Counted from the stretch's first letter, positions 13,948 to 27,135 are shown. The stretch is 64,000 bases of DNA from Phyllosticta citribraziliensis (GCF_038025025.1 NW_027117344.1:1178001-1242000); one strand, 5' to 3'. The notes: a model not told the origin generated them from the sequence alone. Made by a program: numbers and translations.

Positions 13948-14754
13948 TCAAATGGGCTTGATCTGTTGGGGGCGCAACGCGTGAGACTACGTTTCTCCAG
14001 TGACGGCGCGGCATCAGACTAACCTTGAAGTGGAGCGAAATGAGCGAAAAGACGAGCGCCTTCAGGTCCTGCACGAGATAATAGAAGACGCGGAGACCTT
14101 CAGGATCCGCCGATTCGGTGACATCGACCAGAGATCCTATCTTGGCCGTCTGCGCTCGGCGACGTCAGTACAACGCAAGCACGATTCGAAGTTGCAGAGA
14201 AGACGACGGTACCTCGAACGAGATGTGCTCGTTGCCCAGCTTGATTTCCAGCTCTTGGCGGCCGTCCTTGTTCTTCTGGGGCCATTTTGCATCATCTTCC
14301 CTTTGCAAGCGTCAGTCGCGCTTCAATCGGCACTGATAAGTCGGCGCGCGACTCACTTCATGATTTCGCTCTCCTTGATGATGCGCTTGATTTCAGCAAT
14401 CAAAGTAGAGCTGACGCACACTGCGAAGCCGTCAATCAGCTTCTCGCGCCGGGCATGCGACGTGATGAATCCTCACTTTCTTTGCGAATCAAAGAGTCGT
14501 TGCGATAGTTGGAGTTGTTTGCATAGCGAGCAGTCGCACTGCGGCCATCGCCCACGGTACGAAAGTCGAACTCTTGAAGCCAGTCAGCATCAATGTCGGA
14601 CTTGACAGGGCAGGGCCAGGCGGATACCCAGGAATTCGTGACCGAATCGGCCAGAGTGCCCGGAGCTGTTGAAAAAAGTTAGCCCCAGATTCAAGCGGCG
14701 GTAGACAGGGTCTCACTAGTAGCGCAGGTAGAATTGCTCTCCGTCGGGCGCCAT
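13948..14754 (-). CDS. MAGOH: Exon-junction complex protein mago nashi (about 7 short exons)
   Basis: Spliced product [104 protein letters not shown]. Confidence 0.95.
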
Positions 14755-15167
14755 GGTTCGAGCAAACAGACCAATGTTGAATGATGATGGATGTTGTCGC
14801 CGCGGGAGACGTGATGCGCGGCGGAGCAAGGATACGCGGCTAGGCGGTGAGGGTAGCCGACCTATGGGTCAAATTGAACACCTGGAGATCCCAAAGGCCA
14901 TCCAACGAGCCAAGGGGCCCAACTGCTCACATCAAGCGCCAAACGCCACACCAACTTCTCCTCCACCTGCGTCGGAAGCTGTCGTCGCTCCACTACCTCA
15001 ACCGCTCGCCTGCAGCTCCCTCCGCCTCTCGCCTCCGACCCAATCTCTCTCCCCCCGCACTGGGCAGCGCATCACCGTTGACGGCCGCAGCGGGAGACCG
15101 GAGCAGGTGGCCGCCTTAGCTTTCCCCGACACGAATCTTCTTCTCAACTCGCTGCCACGCTCTCACC

Positions 15168-18100
15168 ATGGCCAACTTTCTGGATCACGCCTACAGCCTG
15201 GTGCACCAGGACAATGCCGCCGATCAGCCCACGTTGCAGGAGCTCAAGACGCAGCTGGAGAAGGGGTCCGACGACACCAAGATTGAGACGATGAAGAGGA
15301 TCTTGACAATCATGCTGAACGGAGACCCAATGCCTGGTCTGCTCATGCACATCATCCGCTTTGTCATGCCCTCCAAGAGCAAGCCTCTGAAGAAGCTGCT
15401 CTATCTTTACTACGAAGTATGCCCCAAGCATGACGCCAATGGCAAGCTCAAGCAAGAGTGGATCTTGGTCTGGTAAGCATACCCGCTTGAGAAGGCTTGA
15501 GGCTTAGATGATTGATGTCCTCAAGCAACGGCATGCGCTTTGATCTGCAACACCCCAACGAGTACATTCGCGGCAACACTCTGCGCTTCGTGTGCAAGCT
15601 TCGGGACGCCGAGCTCGTCGAGCCCCTTCTTCAGCCTGCAAGGCAATGCCTCGAGCATCGCCACGCCTACGTCCGCAAGAATGCCGTGTTCGCAATCGCG
15701 TCGATATATCAGCATTTGGAGTCCCTCATCCCAGATGCGCCGGAGCTACTCCTGAACTTTTTGGAGGAGGAGAGCGATCATACCTGCAAGAGAAACGCCT
15801 TCGCGGCCTTGGTTTCGATAAGTCACGACAAGGCTTTGGAATATCTCGGCAGCGTTTTTGATGGAATCCCCAATGCCGATGAGCTGTTGCAGTTGGCGGA
15901 GCTTGAGTTCATTCGCAAGGACTCTGTTGCCAACCCGCAGAACAAGGTCGGACAATTTACCATGCCCACACGAAGGCAATGGCGCTGACTCTGAGCAGGC
16001 TAGATATTTGCGCCTCATTTTCGACCTTCTCGAATCCAACACCTCGACCGTCGTCTACGAAGCCGCCTCGTCTCTCACCGCTCTTACGAGTAACCCGGTC
16101 GCCGTCAAAGCCGCTGCTTCTAAATTCATCGAACTCAGCATCAAGGAGCCAGACAACAATGTCAAGTTGATTGTGCTTGAGAAGGTCGACCAACTGAGGC
16201 AGAAGAATGAGGGTGTATTGGATGACTTGACGCTGGAAATCCTGCGTGTGCTCTCCAGCCCCGACATTGATGTGCGGAAGAAGGCTCTGGAACTCGCCAT
16301 GGAGATGGTTTCCAGCAAGAATGTCGAGGAGGTTGTCATGCTGCTCAAGAAGGAGCTGTCCAAGACCGTGGACGAGCAGTACGAGAAGGTAATATGCGCT
16401 TCAGGCCCAACCATGAGATTGATGCTGACCAGTCGCAGAACTCAGAGTACCGTTCTCTGCTCATCCATTCCATTCACCAATGCGCCATCAAATTCTCCCA
16501 GGTCGCGGCTAGCGTGGTTGGCTCTCTTATGGATTTCATTGCCGATTTCAACAACGCCTCTGCTGTCGACGTCATCTCGTTTGTGAAGGAAGTCGTGGAG
16601 AAGTTCCCCGACCTCCGACCAACGATTGTCGAACGTCTGGTCTCCACTCTGAACGAGGTCAGGGCTGGCAAGGTCTACCGTGGTGTGCTGTGGATTGTTG
16701 GAGAGTACTCGCTGGAGGCCAAGGACATTCGCGATGCTTGGAAGCGCATCCGCGCAAGTCTTGGAGAGATCCCTATCCTGGCTTCTGAGCAACGCCTGAT
16801 GGACCAGGTTCGCGATGGGCAGGACGACTCCAAGGATCAACTCAATGGCCACGCAAATCCTTCACAGCCATCCGGATCCCGCAAAATTCTTCCAGACGGC
16901 ACCTACGCTACTGAGAATGCCCTGACCAGCCAGGCTGCGGAAACCGCCAGACTGGAAGCCGTCAAGGCAGCTCAAAAACCTCCGCTCCGCCAACTCATCC
17001 TTGATGGCGATTTCTTCCTCGCAACAGTGCTGTCGTCGACCCTGACCAAGCTACTCATGCGCTACTCTCACATTACCGATGACGTGACTCGAGTCAATGC
17101 GCTCAAGGCAGAGGCTATGCTCATCATGATATCCATTATTCGCGTTGGACAGTCGCACTTTGTCAAGAACCAGATTGACGAAGATTCCGTCGATAGAATC
17201 ATGACCTGTGTCCGAGCATTGGCCGAGTTCCAGAAGAAGAAGGAGCTTGAAGCCATCTTCCTCGAGGACACCCGAAAAGCTTTCCGCACCATGGTCCAGT
17301 TCGAGGAGAAGAAGCGCGCTGCCAAGGAGGCAATCGAGAGGGCAAAGACGGCGATCCAGGTCGACGACGTGATTCCCATCAGACAGCTCGCCAAGAAGAA
17401 CACCATCGAGGGCGCCGACGAAATTGAGCTCGACCTGGAGAGGGCTACTGGTGGGGACACTGCCACCGAGGACCTGTCGTCGAAGCTCAGCAGAGTCGTG
17501 CAGCTCACTGGTTTCTCGGACCAGGTGTACGCTGAAGCGTACGTCAAGGTTCACCAGTTTGACATCATGTTGGATGTGCTGCTTGTCAACCAGACGACGG
17601 ACACGCTGCAGAATCTCTCGGTGGAGTTTGCCACGCTCGGAGACCTCAAGGTCGTTGAGAGGCCCACGACGCAAAACCTCGGACCCCACGACTTCTTGAA
17701 CGTGCAGGCCACGATCAAGGTGTCTTCGACTGATACGGGTGTCATTTTTGGCAACGTCGTTTATGACGGCCCCAGTTCGACGGATACCAATGTCGTGATC
17801 CTCAACGATGTTCATCTGGACTTTATGGACTACATTCAGCCGGCTCACTGCTCGGAAACGCAATTCAGGACCATGTGGACCGAATTCGAGTGGGAGAACA
17901 AGGTCAACATCAACTCAAAGGCCAAGTCTCTGCGCGAGTTCCTCAAGCAGCTGATGGCGGCGACCAACATGAGCTGCCTCACGCCTGAAGCTTCGATGAA
18001 GGGCGACTGCCAGTTCCTGAGCGCAAACTTGTATGCACGCAGCATATTTGGTAAGTTGTCCGCTGTCATCCAAACATGAATGGGCTGAAGCTGACGTCAT

Positions 18101-18251
18101 TACAGGAGAGGATGCTCTGGCCAACTTGAGCATTGAGAAGGAGGGCGAGGATGGTCCGATCACAGGTTTCGTGCGCATCCGCAGCAGGTCACAGGGGCTG
18201 GCTCTCGCGCTGGGTCATCTCAAGGGCATCAACAAGGCGGGCGATTCATGA
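15168..18251 (+). CDS. SEC26: Coatomer subunit beta (COPI), 5 exons
   Basis: Motifs [77 protein letters not shown] and [15 protein letters not shown]. Confidence 0.98.
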
Positions 18252-18965
18252 GAGGCGGTCCATGGTCTGTATTGATTTGGCAAAGCGGGAACTTTAACGA
18301 CATGTCTACTTGGATGTCATGAAGGCGAGCGCAGGTGTTGGCGGAGGAAATATCTCGGGCAGAGCTAGGTAGACGCGTGGATTGCTTGCATAGGTACGAG
18401 GGGCGTAGCTGTGGTGTGAAAAATAGCTTAGCAGGAGCCACAGACGGCAAGTATGGTAGGACGGCAGGTTTATTAATTAGCAAGAAGTATACGCCCATGC
18501 GGAAGCAAGTGTTTTGGCACTCATGCCGAGATGGACGGCAAGGGGCTGCATGTTGAACATCCCTCGTGGATTCTTCAGGGCGGGCCGGTCCCTCGCTGCT
18601 CCCAGAGTCCACCTCGTCCCGTCCAGTCAGCCTCCGAGGCCTGCGGCGGCACCCACGACATGGACAGGCAAGCTCACACATGTCAGAGTGCTCAGAAGCA
18701 TTTCCGAAAGGTGGACCGTGACAGGGAGCATCCAACCTCCAGGTTCAAAGAGTGAGGCGTGGCGTATGACGCCAGACCAGGCACGCCAGCCAGGGACCCG
18801 GACATGGAGCAGACGACGGATCGCTTCCCTTCCCTCCCCTTCGACCCGCCGCCGCGCCCGCCATCGCAATCTTATCACGACGTGTCGTCGCTTGCGCGCA
18901 TTTATGACCGAGACCATTTGGAGCCTCACCATGCCCGAGCCTGCCGCTCTCTCCCGCCCGCCATC

Positions 18966-20681
18966 ATGACTTCGGACCAAAGCCAAAATCCTTTTCAGGA
19001 CCCTCCCGGTCAGCCGTCGTCCCGCGACGACCCGTTCCGAGATCCTCAGCAACCTCCAGGCCTCTTTCTACTCGAGCCTCGCCCTCTGCCTGATGTCTTC
19101 ACTTCCGACATCCCCGCCATGCTCAAGGTCGGCATAGACACCACCCTGACCATTGAAGGCGACTCGCTGCTCATCCTCGGTACCGCTCGGCTTTTGAGCT
19201 CCTCTAGCGACAGAATTGGCTAACCGCGCCCCGCAGATGGAGCTTTGACCGACGATGATTCCGCCAAATGCTGTGGTCTTGTTCCGTGCAGTACGCTCAT
19301 CGCCGCCCTCTGTTGAGCCCCAGTTAGCTGACGAGCGTGCTTCGTTCTAGAATCCAAGGCGACGCTAGCAATCCCGCTCTACAATGTGCTATGGGCAGAA
19401 CTCACTGGTCATGAGATCACCGTCCAATACGCGCGCACCGAGTCCCCGGATGTGCTTCGCCCAGCCTACATCAACTACGCCGTGAACAAAAGCAGTCGCG
19501 ACGATGCGCAGAGCTGGGTCCAGCAGCTGCTCGACCGCGCATATGGCAAGGCACAGAAGCAAAAGCGCATCAAGGTCCTAGTCAATCCATTCGGCGGCAA
19601 AGGTAATGCCCAGAGGCTGTACATCAAGGAGATTGAGCCCATCTTCGCCGCAGCCCGCTGTACGCTTGATGTCGAACAAACGAACTTTCAAGGGCAAGCT
19701 GTCGATCTTGCCGAGAAGCTAGACATTGGCGAGTGGGACGTCGTAGCTTGCTGCTCGGGCGATGGTATCCCCCACGAAGTCTTCAATGGACTTGGGAAGA
19801 AGAAGAATGCTGCCAAAGCTCTTCAGAAACTCGCAGTTGTCCAGCTGCCTTGCGGAAGTGGGAATGCCATGAGCTTGAACTTGAACGGAACAAACAGCTG
19901 CAGCGCTGCCGCTCTTGCAGTCGTCAAGGGCCTACGAACTCCCATGGATCTGGTTTCGATTACGCAGGGTGATCGACGCTACCTATCTTTCCTCTCTCAG
20001 TCAGTCGGTATTGTTGCCGAGAGCGACCTGGCTACAGATAATATCCGTTGGATGGGCCCTGCGCGCTTCACAGTGGGCTTCTTGCTCCGCCTCATCAACA
20101 AGACTGTGTACCCATGCGACCTGGCCGTCGGAGTCGAAATCGAAGACAAGGCATCCATCAAACAGGCCTACGCCCACGAAGCGGCGAAACCGCCAAATGA
20201 CGGAACTGAGGATCGCTCCCCAGTCCGCAGCTCCGACCCAGACAACACGGGGCTCCCATCGCTCCGGTTTGGCACCGTCAAAGACGCACTTCCGGAAGAG
20301 TGGACTTCCAACCCCTACGACAACATGGGCAACTTTTACGCGGGCAACATGGCATACATGTCCCCCGACGCCAATTTCTTCCAGGCAGCGCTGCCGTCGG
20401 ACGGCTGCCTCGACCTGGTTTGCATCGACGGCGATATACCGCGCTCCAAAGCCTTCAACACGATGCTTGCCGTCGAGAGCATGACGTTCTTCGACCTGCC
20501 CCATGTCAGCTACCGCAAAATTTCGGGATACCGCATTGTTCCGCGGGACCAAAAGGATGGCTATATCAGCATCGACGGCGAGCGCGTCCCATTTGAGCCC
20601 TTCCAGGCTGAGGTCCACCGAGGCTTGGGCACCGTCTTGAGCAAGACGGGACATTTGTACGAGGCTAAGGGTCCGGCCTGA
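18966..20681 (+). CDS. LCB4: Sphingoid long-chain base kinase (Lcb4/Lcb5 type)
   Basis: DAG-kinase-fold motifs VLVNPFGGKG, CSGDGIPHEVFNG, LPCGSGNAM, IRWMGPARF and ISIDGE. The start and two short 5' exons are inferred from splice signals. Confidence 0.92.
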
Positions 20682-20758
20682 TTGGGGGCAGTGCGGTGAC
20701 GGGGAGACGCACGTCGTGGCGCATAGTTCTAATCGGCGAATTTGGAGAAGGATGGAGG

Positions 20759-20866
20759 CGAAGTGGGCATCAAGGGATCGGCAACTTCTGGCCCTGCTGC
20801 GGGATCCAGGAAGCTGTCGTACACCACCTGTGACCAGAGCACTGTCATTTCTTTTGACGCCCGCTG
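20759..20866. mobile_element. Degenerate MITE-like copy downstream of the kinase stop
   Basis: Right end TCATTTCTTTTGACGCCCGCTG matches the family TIR. Weak left end AAGTGGGCATCAAGG, internal CCAGGAAGCTGTCG. Confidence 0.5.
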
Positions 20867-21577
20867 AAGGCCTCGTTGGGACTGCTTTCAAAACGGAGTA
20901 CTCAGTTCGTTGTTGGTAATGGGACGGGACATTGTTTTCCTTCTTTCCCTTGCTCTGTTGAGAATGCTTCGGCGCAGGGGACTCAGAGACGTTGTTTGGC
21001 GTCTGCATAGCATCTCTGGGTACCTTACATAGTGAAAGAGATACCCTCCCCACTTCTTGCTCAAGCTTTCGTTCCTCAGGTGAACGGAGTAGCTACATGT
21101 ATTCCCCTACTTTCCGTTTATGAAGCCAGTCAAAATGCGCAGCCAACGGGAAGTTATAACGCTTTTTCTACCTATTTAAGATTTATTGGATTCTCCTTTT
21201 GTGCACTGCCCTTTGGCGGTTTCACGTCGCCCTCGTTTGAGTGGCCTCCTCTCAAGCCTTGTGCGGGTTCCTGCGACAGCCAGTCGAACGATGCTCAGGC
21301 GCAACTCGTCGTCGACTTCTCTTCGCGTCGCGTATGATCAAGGCTGACGTCCAAACAAGCGCCCTTGCTGGGTGGACTCCTTACAAGCCTCTGGATGTTC
21401 TCCAACCGTCCCAAACAGAAAATACAGAGATGTGGGTCCTTTTGATACACCGTAAATACCGCCACAATTCGTTCCAGAGGTATCTTCTTCATCGCCCATC
21501 ATCCTGGATCGCGCTCCAGAATCTCGCCCGGGACGACTGACTTGCTTTGCTTGCAAAGACATGCCGTCTCCCTCAGC

Positions 21578-22379
21578 TCACGGGCTCGTCCGCTTGGAGA
21601 GGCCCTTCTCTGCCTGAGCCTCCGCCGAGGGCTCCGCTGAATCTCTAATCTGGAACGACCTGCCCGGTTGCCATTTTGCCTTGCCACTGAGCAGCTCCTC
21701 AGCCTGCTGCCTTAGTGTCTTCACGTCTCTCGGCTTGGCGTGTCTGTCGTCTTCTTTCGACTGCTCTGTGTCTCTGTACTTCTCGGCGGCATGGTAGAGA
21801 TCGTGGGACCAGCTGTTTCCGGGGTTAGCCGTTGTCAATGAGAGCGATTGTTCTGACAGCCTGCAAAGTAACACAGGTAAAGAGCAGCAAGACGGAGGAG
21901 ACGTACGGGCTCAGGTCCTCGGGCTGCTCGGGCCACACGAACGGCTGCTCCATCTCGACCGTCATCTTCTTGATGGAGCGCTCGCGGTACCAATGGCGCT
22001 GGCGAGGCAGCGGCTCGCCGGGCTTGTCCATCCGCAGCGGCTGCTGCTGCACATACGACCGAATCGTCCCCACGGTCTCGATGCCGTAGACGTGCCACAG
22101 GTAGTCGCGCATGTCCAGCTTGTTGAAGTGCAGCGGCACGAGGAATTTGGCAAAGTTGGGCGGCAGGAATGGCGTTCGCACCAGCGTTATGGTGAACATG
22201 GGCCTGTGGAAGCGGCGCGCGCGCGTCGGCGCGACTGATTAGCTGTCTGCCCTGATGCATGCGCGAGGTGGTCGGAGGGAGTTGGCGCCGTACATGAAGA
22301 CCTGCTTCTTGCCGACCCGGAAGGGCGCAAAGGGCTCGAGGAGCCTCGATGCCAGTCTTGTCGTAGCCGCGGTAGTCAT
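21578..22379 (-). CDS. MRP20: Mitochondrial ribosomal protein uL23m, 3 exons
   Basis: Motifs FRVGKKQVFM/PMFTITLVRTP, FLVPLHFNKLDMRDYLWHVYG, SYVQQQP and KKMTVEMEQPFVWPEQPEDLSP/W. Confidence 0.92.
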
Positions 22380-22793
22380 TGTGCCGGACGAGGAGCGTTC
22401 GGGGGTCTCGAGGGTTCAATGCGGAGCTTGGAGGCGGAGGATAGGCGTGTGCTGTGGGGAGTTTTTGGGATGCGGTGACGGGGGCGGCGAGAGCGCGTTG
22501 GCAGAATCCAAGGCCTGGTGTAGCCAAAGCCGCGGCACAAAACAACAACAACAACAACAACTGAGGGAGAGAGGAAGATGTCATCCGCTTTGACGAACAA
22601 CTGATAGACAGCACTCGAATGCCCTGATCAGAGTATTCAAGAGCATTCAAACGTCTACGAAGGGCCAGCAGTAGGTATTTACGCGCTAATTTTACAGATC
22701 TACAGGGCACGAATTTTATATCATCTTCAAGCCTCGATGGGTCGCAAGCTTAGTTGGCTCTCGAGCCGTGAGCGCGCTCTCTTGATGCATAGC

Positions 22794-23045
22794 CACAGTG
22801 CGTGTTGAAAGAAATGAGAATCCCTGGGTCCATCCGCAGCCACAAACAGCAGCTCCCAGGCCTATCTAGGATGGCGGACGACAGCTCCCTCAACGCATCT
22901 TTGCTGGCACACGATTGCTCTCCAAGCGTTATTGCGAAGGCAAACGACAGAGGCCTAGACGCAACTATGGTGTTGAACGAACGCTTCTAGCATGCATGCA
23001 GCAGCAGCAGTGGCAGGGGGTCTCGATTTGTTTCTGCACCCAATG
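22794..23045. mobile_element. MITE-like element
   Basis: Left end CACAGTGCGTGTTGAAAGAAATGAGAATCCCTGGG, right end GGGGTCTCGATTTGTTTCTGCACCCAATG. Internal family motif in reverse orientation (GACAGCTCCCTCAACGCA). Confidence 0.7.
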
Positions 23046-23439
23046 CACATCTGCCTCATTGAATCCTGCCATTCGTTTCCCCAACTGGAACCAGACCCAT
23101 CACACTGCCTGAAAGTCGATTGAACCATCACATGCTGTTCTGTCCATTCCACACGCACCCGCTGCTCTACATGAACGTCGAGCAGCCTGCAACAGAGCGG
23201 AAGTCACGTCGAAGAGACTGAAGTCGTAACCTCGTTGATATCTTGCTAGCATCAGCAGCCTTCTTTTTCAGCTGACAGGTACATGTAAGAGCCAGGAAAA
23301 TGTGGTGGGAGGTTTGGGGGAGCCCAGGCAGGAACAGGCTTCTTCTCAGTTGTCAAGCATCATCTGCCTCTACAGAAACCAGACATGCGTTTTTCACATG
23401 CGACTTTCATGCTCTCCTGAAGCTACATGTGTTCCTGTC

Positions 23440-23515
23440 CACAGGGGGCAAATGCGATGTCACAGGGGGCTCATGTGCTATCACAGGGGGCATATGTGTC
23501 GTCACAGGGGGCACG
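23440..23515 (+). promoter_or_regulatory. 4 x 21-bp tandem repeat, each unit carrying CACAGGGGGC (STRE core AGGGG), upstream of TATAAAA at 23585
   Basis: CACAGGGGGC starts at 23440, 23461, 23482 and 23503. Confidence 0.65.
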
Positions 23516-23811
23516 TGCATGCACATGCAGTTGTTTAAGCATATGCAAAGGGGGTGTCTGCTTGTGATTCCAAGGGAGGCTTGATATAAAAGAGGCGCCA
23601 CCCCCCTCTTCTCGACTGGCTCAGGGTTTGCGGTGTCGATCGACCCGCTTAGTCGTCGAAGAGGTGCCCGCCGGCGCCTTCCAAACACCATGGCTGCCCC
23701 TCGGCACTTGCGACGTCAACTCCACCCACCCCTCCTCAACCTCTTCCACTTCCATCCCCAACTCTACCGCCCCCCGTTCGCTTCGCTGTCCCTGGCTGGC
23801 CCGCAGCAGCC

Positions 23812-25983
23812 ATGAGGAGGTACGTGTTCTCTGAGTCCCAACGCTCGGCAATCACTGACACCTGCTCAGCTTCAAGAGGAGAGACGATGACCATGGTAAG
23901 ACCTCCACTCGCCTGTGCCACATCGGCCCCAGCTTGTACTCTCAGCCATCGCCGACCGGCCAGAAGCCACGCCTGCCCTTGAATGCTTCTCAAACGCTGA
24001 CCTACTTTAGACTGGAGCGTCGACTGGAGCGACACGTCAACGCGCCCAACTCGCTCACCTCCCTCAACTCGAGGAGGTCCAGGCCGCGCCCCCCTAGCCC
24101 AAGCTCAAGAGACTCGCTCCACGACCACTGCTCGTCCGCGTGGAGCTGGCCATGGCCCCCGAGCCCAAGCCCAAGCTCAAGGCGCTCGCTCCACCGCCGT
24201 CATTCCTCCGCATAGAGGTGGCCATGTCCCCCGAGTCCAAGCTCAAGGCGCTCGCCCAACCGCCGTCACTCCTCCGCATAGAGGTGGCTATGCTCCCCGA
24301 GGCCAAGCTCAAGCCGCTCGCTCCACCGCCGTCACTCCTCCGCATAGAGGTGGCTATGCTCCCCGAGGCCAAGCTTCAGGCACTCGTTATTCCACCGCCA
24401 CCACCGCTCCTCCGCATGGAGCTGGCCGCGTCGGCCGTCCTCGACAACGCACCATGACTACCCCACGTCAAGTTTGGCCTGACGGACCAGGCGGATTCAT
24501 CCCCCATGTCGAAAAGAAGCGCGCGAAGGAACAGCGACAGGCAGAAATCAGACGCCAGTTTTTGACACCTCGCCCGGATGATCTCCCAGCCCCAGCAATC
24601 ACCAGACGCGTGCCTTGGCCGTCAGAGATTTCGCCTGACCGCATGCTCGGGTCAGATTGCAGGGTATTGGATGATATTCGCACGCAGCATTGCTGTTGGA
24701 TTACATGCGAAAGAGTCGGCAACCACTTTGAGTTCAAGCTTGAAGGAGAAAAAGAGCAAGACATTAGCGCTGCCGCTGAAAGATTGCGCCACATCCAAAC
24801 CCAAGCGGAAGCAAAGCGTTTCGAAGCCGAACCTCTCCACATCATCGATGTCGCCGATGATTTGGACTTGCCCAGCGTTCGCACCGAGGATTGCTTCGGG
24901 AACTCGGGCGAGTCTATTGGCAAGCTTGCAGCATTCGTCACACTGGCTAATCCTGTTACGTTCGCCAAAGATACTGGAAAGGATGCGATGGAAAGCTTGC
25001 TCGAGCAGATTGCAGCGATGACCAGTCGATCTCAATATTACCGCAGCAACCTCTCCCTTCGAATCCATCTGGGCAGGTTTGCCATGACTAGGTATCCCGG
25101 AAACGTGGCAGAGTTCGATTATGCCGCTTTTCAAGACATGGTGGATTCGGATGAATTGGAAGCATTCGTGACAGATGAAATCGGTGACTCAAAGACACAG
25201 TCAACTCTTCTTCAGCGCGTCTCTCAGGCAACCCATCTTCTCGCTGCGTCGCAGACACCTGCCGACTTGGAACGTAAGCCAATCTACGCTGCAACTCTCA
25301 AGCTCGACGATCCAGGCCAGCGTGGCCAATTGATGGTCGACCTTGAATTCTCGTACGATGAAGGATCGACAACAGTTACGCATCGTCGTTGGTACAGAAC
25401 GGAGCCTAACAGGGCACACACACGAAGGCTCCTCGACGTCAACATGGTCAACTTGAGTCGAGGATTTGCTTGGCACCTGGAAATGACGGCCACCAAAGCT
25501 GTTGATGAGTCGACTCTTCCCAAGGAATATCGCAACTTCCCAGAGACCTTAAGCATCAACACCAAAAGCCAGAACTTCGTCGTCGTCCCTCTTCAAGGCA
25601 ACCAAGGCGCTGCTGTCCCTCTGCTCTCAGTGTCCCAGAAGCGAGTTTGGCGCCTTGAAACTCGGTTCGGCTACTGGGCTGTGGATGTAGTCGAAGGATA
25701 CGGAGCGTCCAACGTCGGAGGAGGAATGGCACGTGAGAAGCCCAAGTGGTCTTTGAGTGTGGTCAACAGTTGTCATGCGTACCTCCTCGAATCCAACGCT
25801 CACGTCAAGGTTGGAGAGCTGGCAGACTGGGGCAAATTGAGCAACCCAATCAGTGAGTTATTTCCGAACGGATTCGACTCTCAGTGCTCGGAGGGAGACA
25901 CGGACTACCCTGGACTTGTACAGTTGCTGAGGCTGCTCCATGGTCTTCACGACGTCGTCGTTGACGGATCTGCTCTTTCTTGA
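23812..25983 (+). CDS. Hypothetical protein with N-terminal 22-aa tandem repeats and a globular C-terminal region, 3 exons (23812-23819, 23870-23895, 24011-25983)
   Basis: Introns GTACGT..CTGAC..CAG and GTAAGA..CTGAC..TAG join MRSFKRRDDDHDWSVDW to a frame that is open into the 509-aa ORF 24454-25983. TATA box upstream. Confidence 0.75.
24103..24420 (+). repeat. Coding minisatellite, about 5 x 66 bp
   Basis: Units start near 24103, 24175, 24241, 24307 and 24373 and encode variants of AQGARSTAVTPPHRGGYAPRGQ. Confidence 0.9.
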
Positions 25984-26019
25984 GCCATGCATTAGTTAGT
26001 CTTTTCATTTCGAAGGCAC

Positions 26020-26232
26020 CACAGTGGGTGTCAAAACAAATGAGACTCCATAAGTCTAGCGTCAACATTGAATGAATCCCCCCTAATCGCAGTGATGGTA
26101 GTAAATTGATGCTCCTTGAGATAGTCAAAGCAGTTTGTGAATTTTCCTTCAGCGCAGCTACCTCAGCGAATGAATGCTTTCTAGATGCACTCGTACTCGC
26201 AGTAGGTCTCGTTTCTTTCAATGCCCACTGTG
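26020..26232. mobile_element. MITE-like element, best-preserved TIR pair
   Basis: Left end CACAGTGGGTGTCAAAACAAATGAGAC. Right end GTCTCGTTTCTTTCAATGCCCACTGTG, whose reverse complement is CACAGTGGGCATTGAAAGAAACGAGAC. Confidence 0.8.
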
Positions 26233-26369
26233 ATACCAATTAAACTCGATCGCTTTGAAATGACATCTTGCCACATCAAGAACTTGTTATCATCCACAAG
26301 ACGTGTGCTCTAGCCCGTCTCCTCTTGTCCAAACTTCGCATTTCCATATCGACAAATAGTGTCTTTCTC

Positions 26370-27061
26370 TCACGATGCCGCAGCAGCAGCCTGAGTTCCC
26401 GTCTGCCCCTGAGCCGCGAGGACCTTTTGCCTTAGTACATCCTCAACAACGCGAAGGTTGCCGCTCTTGCCATTGACGATTGCCTCGAGATCCTTGAGGT
26501 TCTTTTCGAGGTCCTTGATCTTACGGTCGTAGAAGTCGGCGGCGTCGGTTGTGCTCTTTTCGACGTAGAAGCCCGTCCCGATATCGACGATGACGCTGCT
26601 CAGGTTGGCGAGCGTGCCGGGGACGTAGAGGGACGAAGTGAGAGGGACGAGAATGGGTTTGTCTACGGAGGCCGTCGAGGCGCGAGTCAGCATGCTGTGT
26701 GTGGGTGCCAAAGGCGCATGGCGCGGCGAGAGGGCAGGTCTCAAGGGGATATCGGCGGAGTGCGGAGTGCGGGCGTGGAGCGATGCGCAAGCAGCGTACC
26801 GGTGGAGCCAGACGAGACGCCCGTGTTGATGGACTTGAGACAATCGCGAAAGCGAGTCTGCGCGCCGCGAAGGGATTGGAAGGAGCCGGTAAGGTGCTCG
26901 AGCTCGGAGTCGAGCTGCTTCTTGAGCTGCGACAGCTGCTGGACAGAGAGGGAGGCCAGGTCGACTGGAAGTTTCAATTGTCAGAGGTGCTGCTCCTGTA
27001 GACCATGGTAGCAAGGGCCCAAGTTACCGGTCTGGCCGCCCTTTTCGCTTGAAGATGCCAT
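26370..27061 (-). CDS. GIM5: Prefoldin subunit 5 (alpha type), 3 exons
   Basis: Motifs VDLASLSVQQLSQLKKQLDSELEHLTGSF, ILVPLTSSLYVPG and VIVDIGTGFYVEK. Confidence 0.95.
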
Positions 27062-27135
27062 GGATTGTCGGGGGTGTCGGCGAAGCTGGAACAGGCGATG
27101 ATGCAGTTACTTGGTGTTGAAATTTCGATTGAGTC

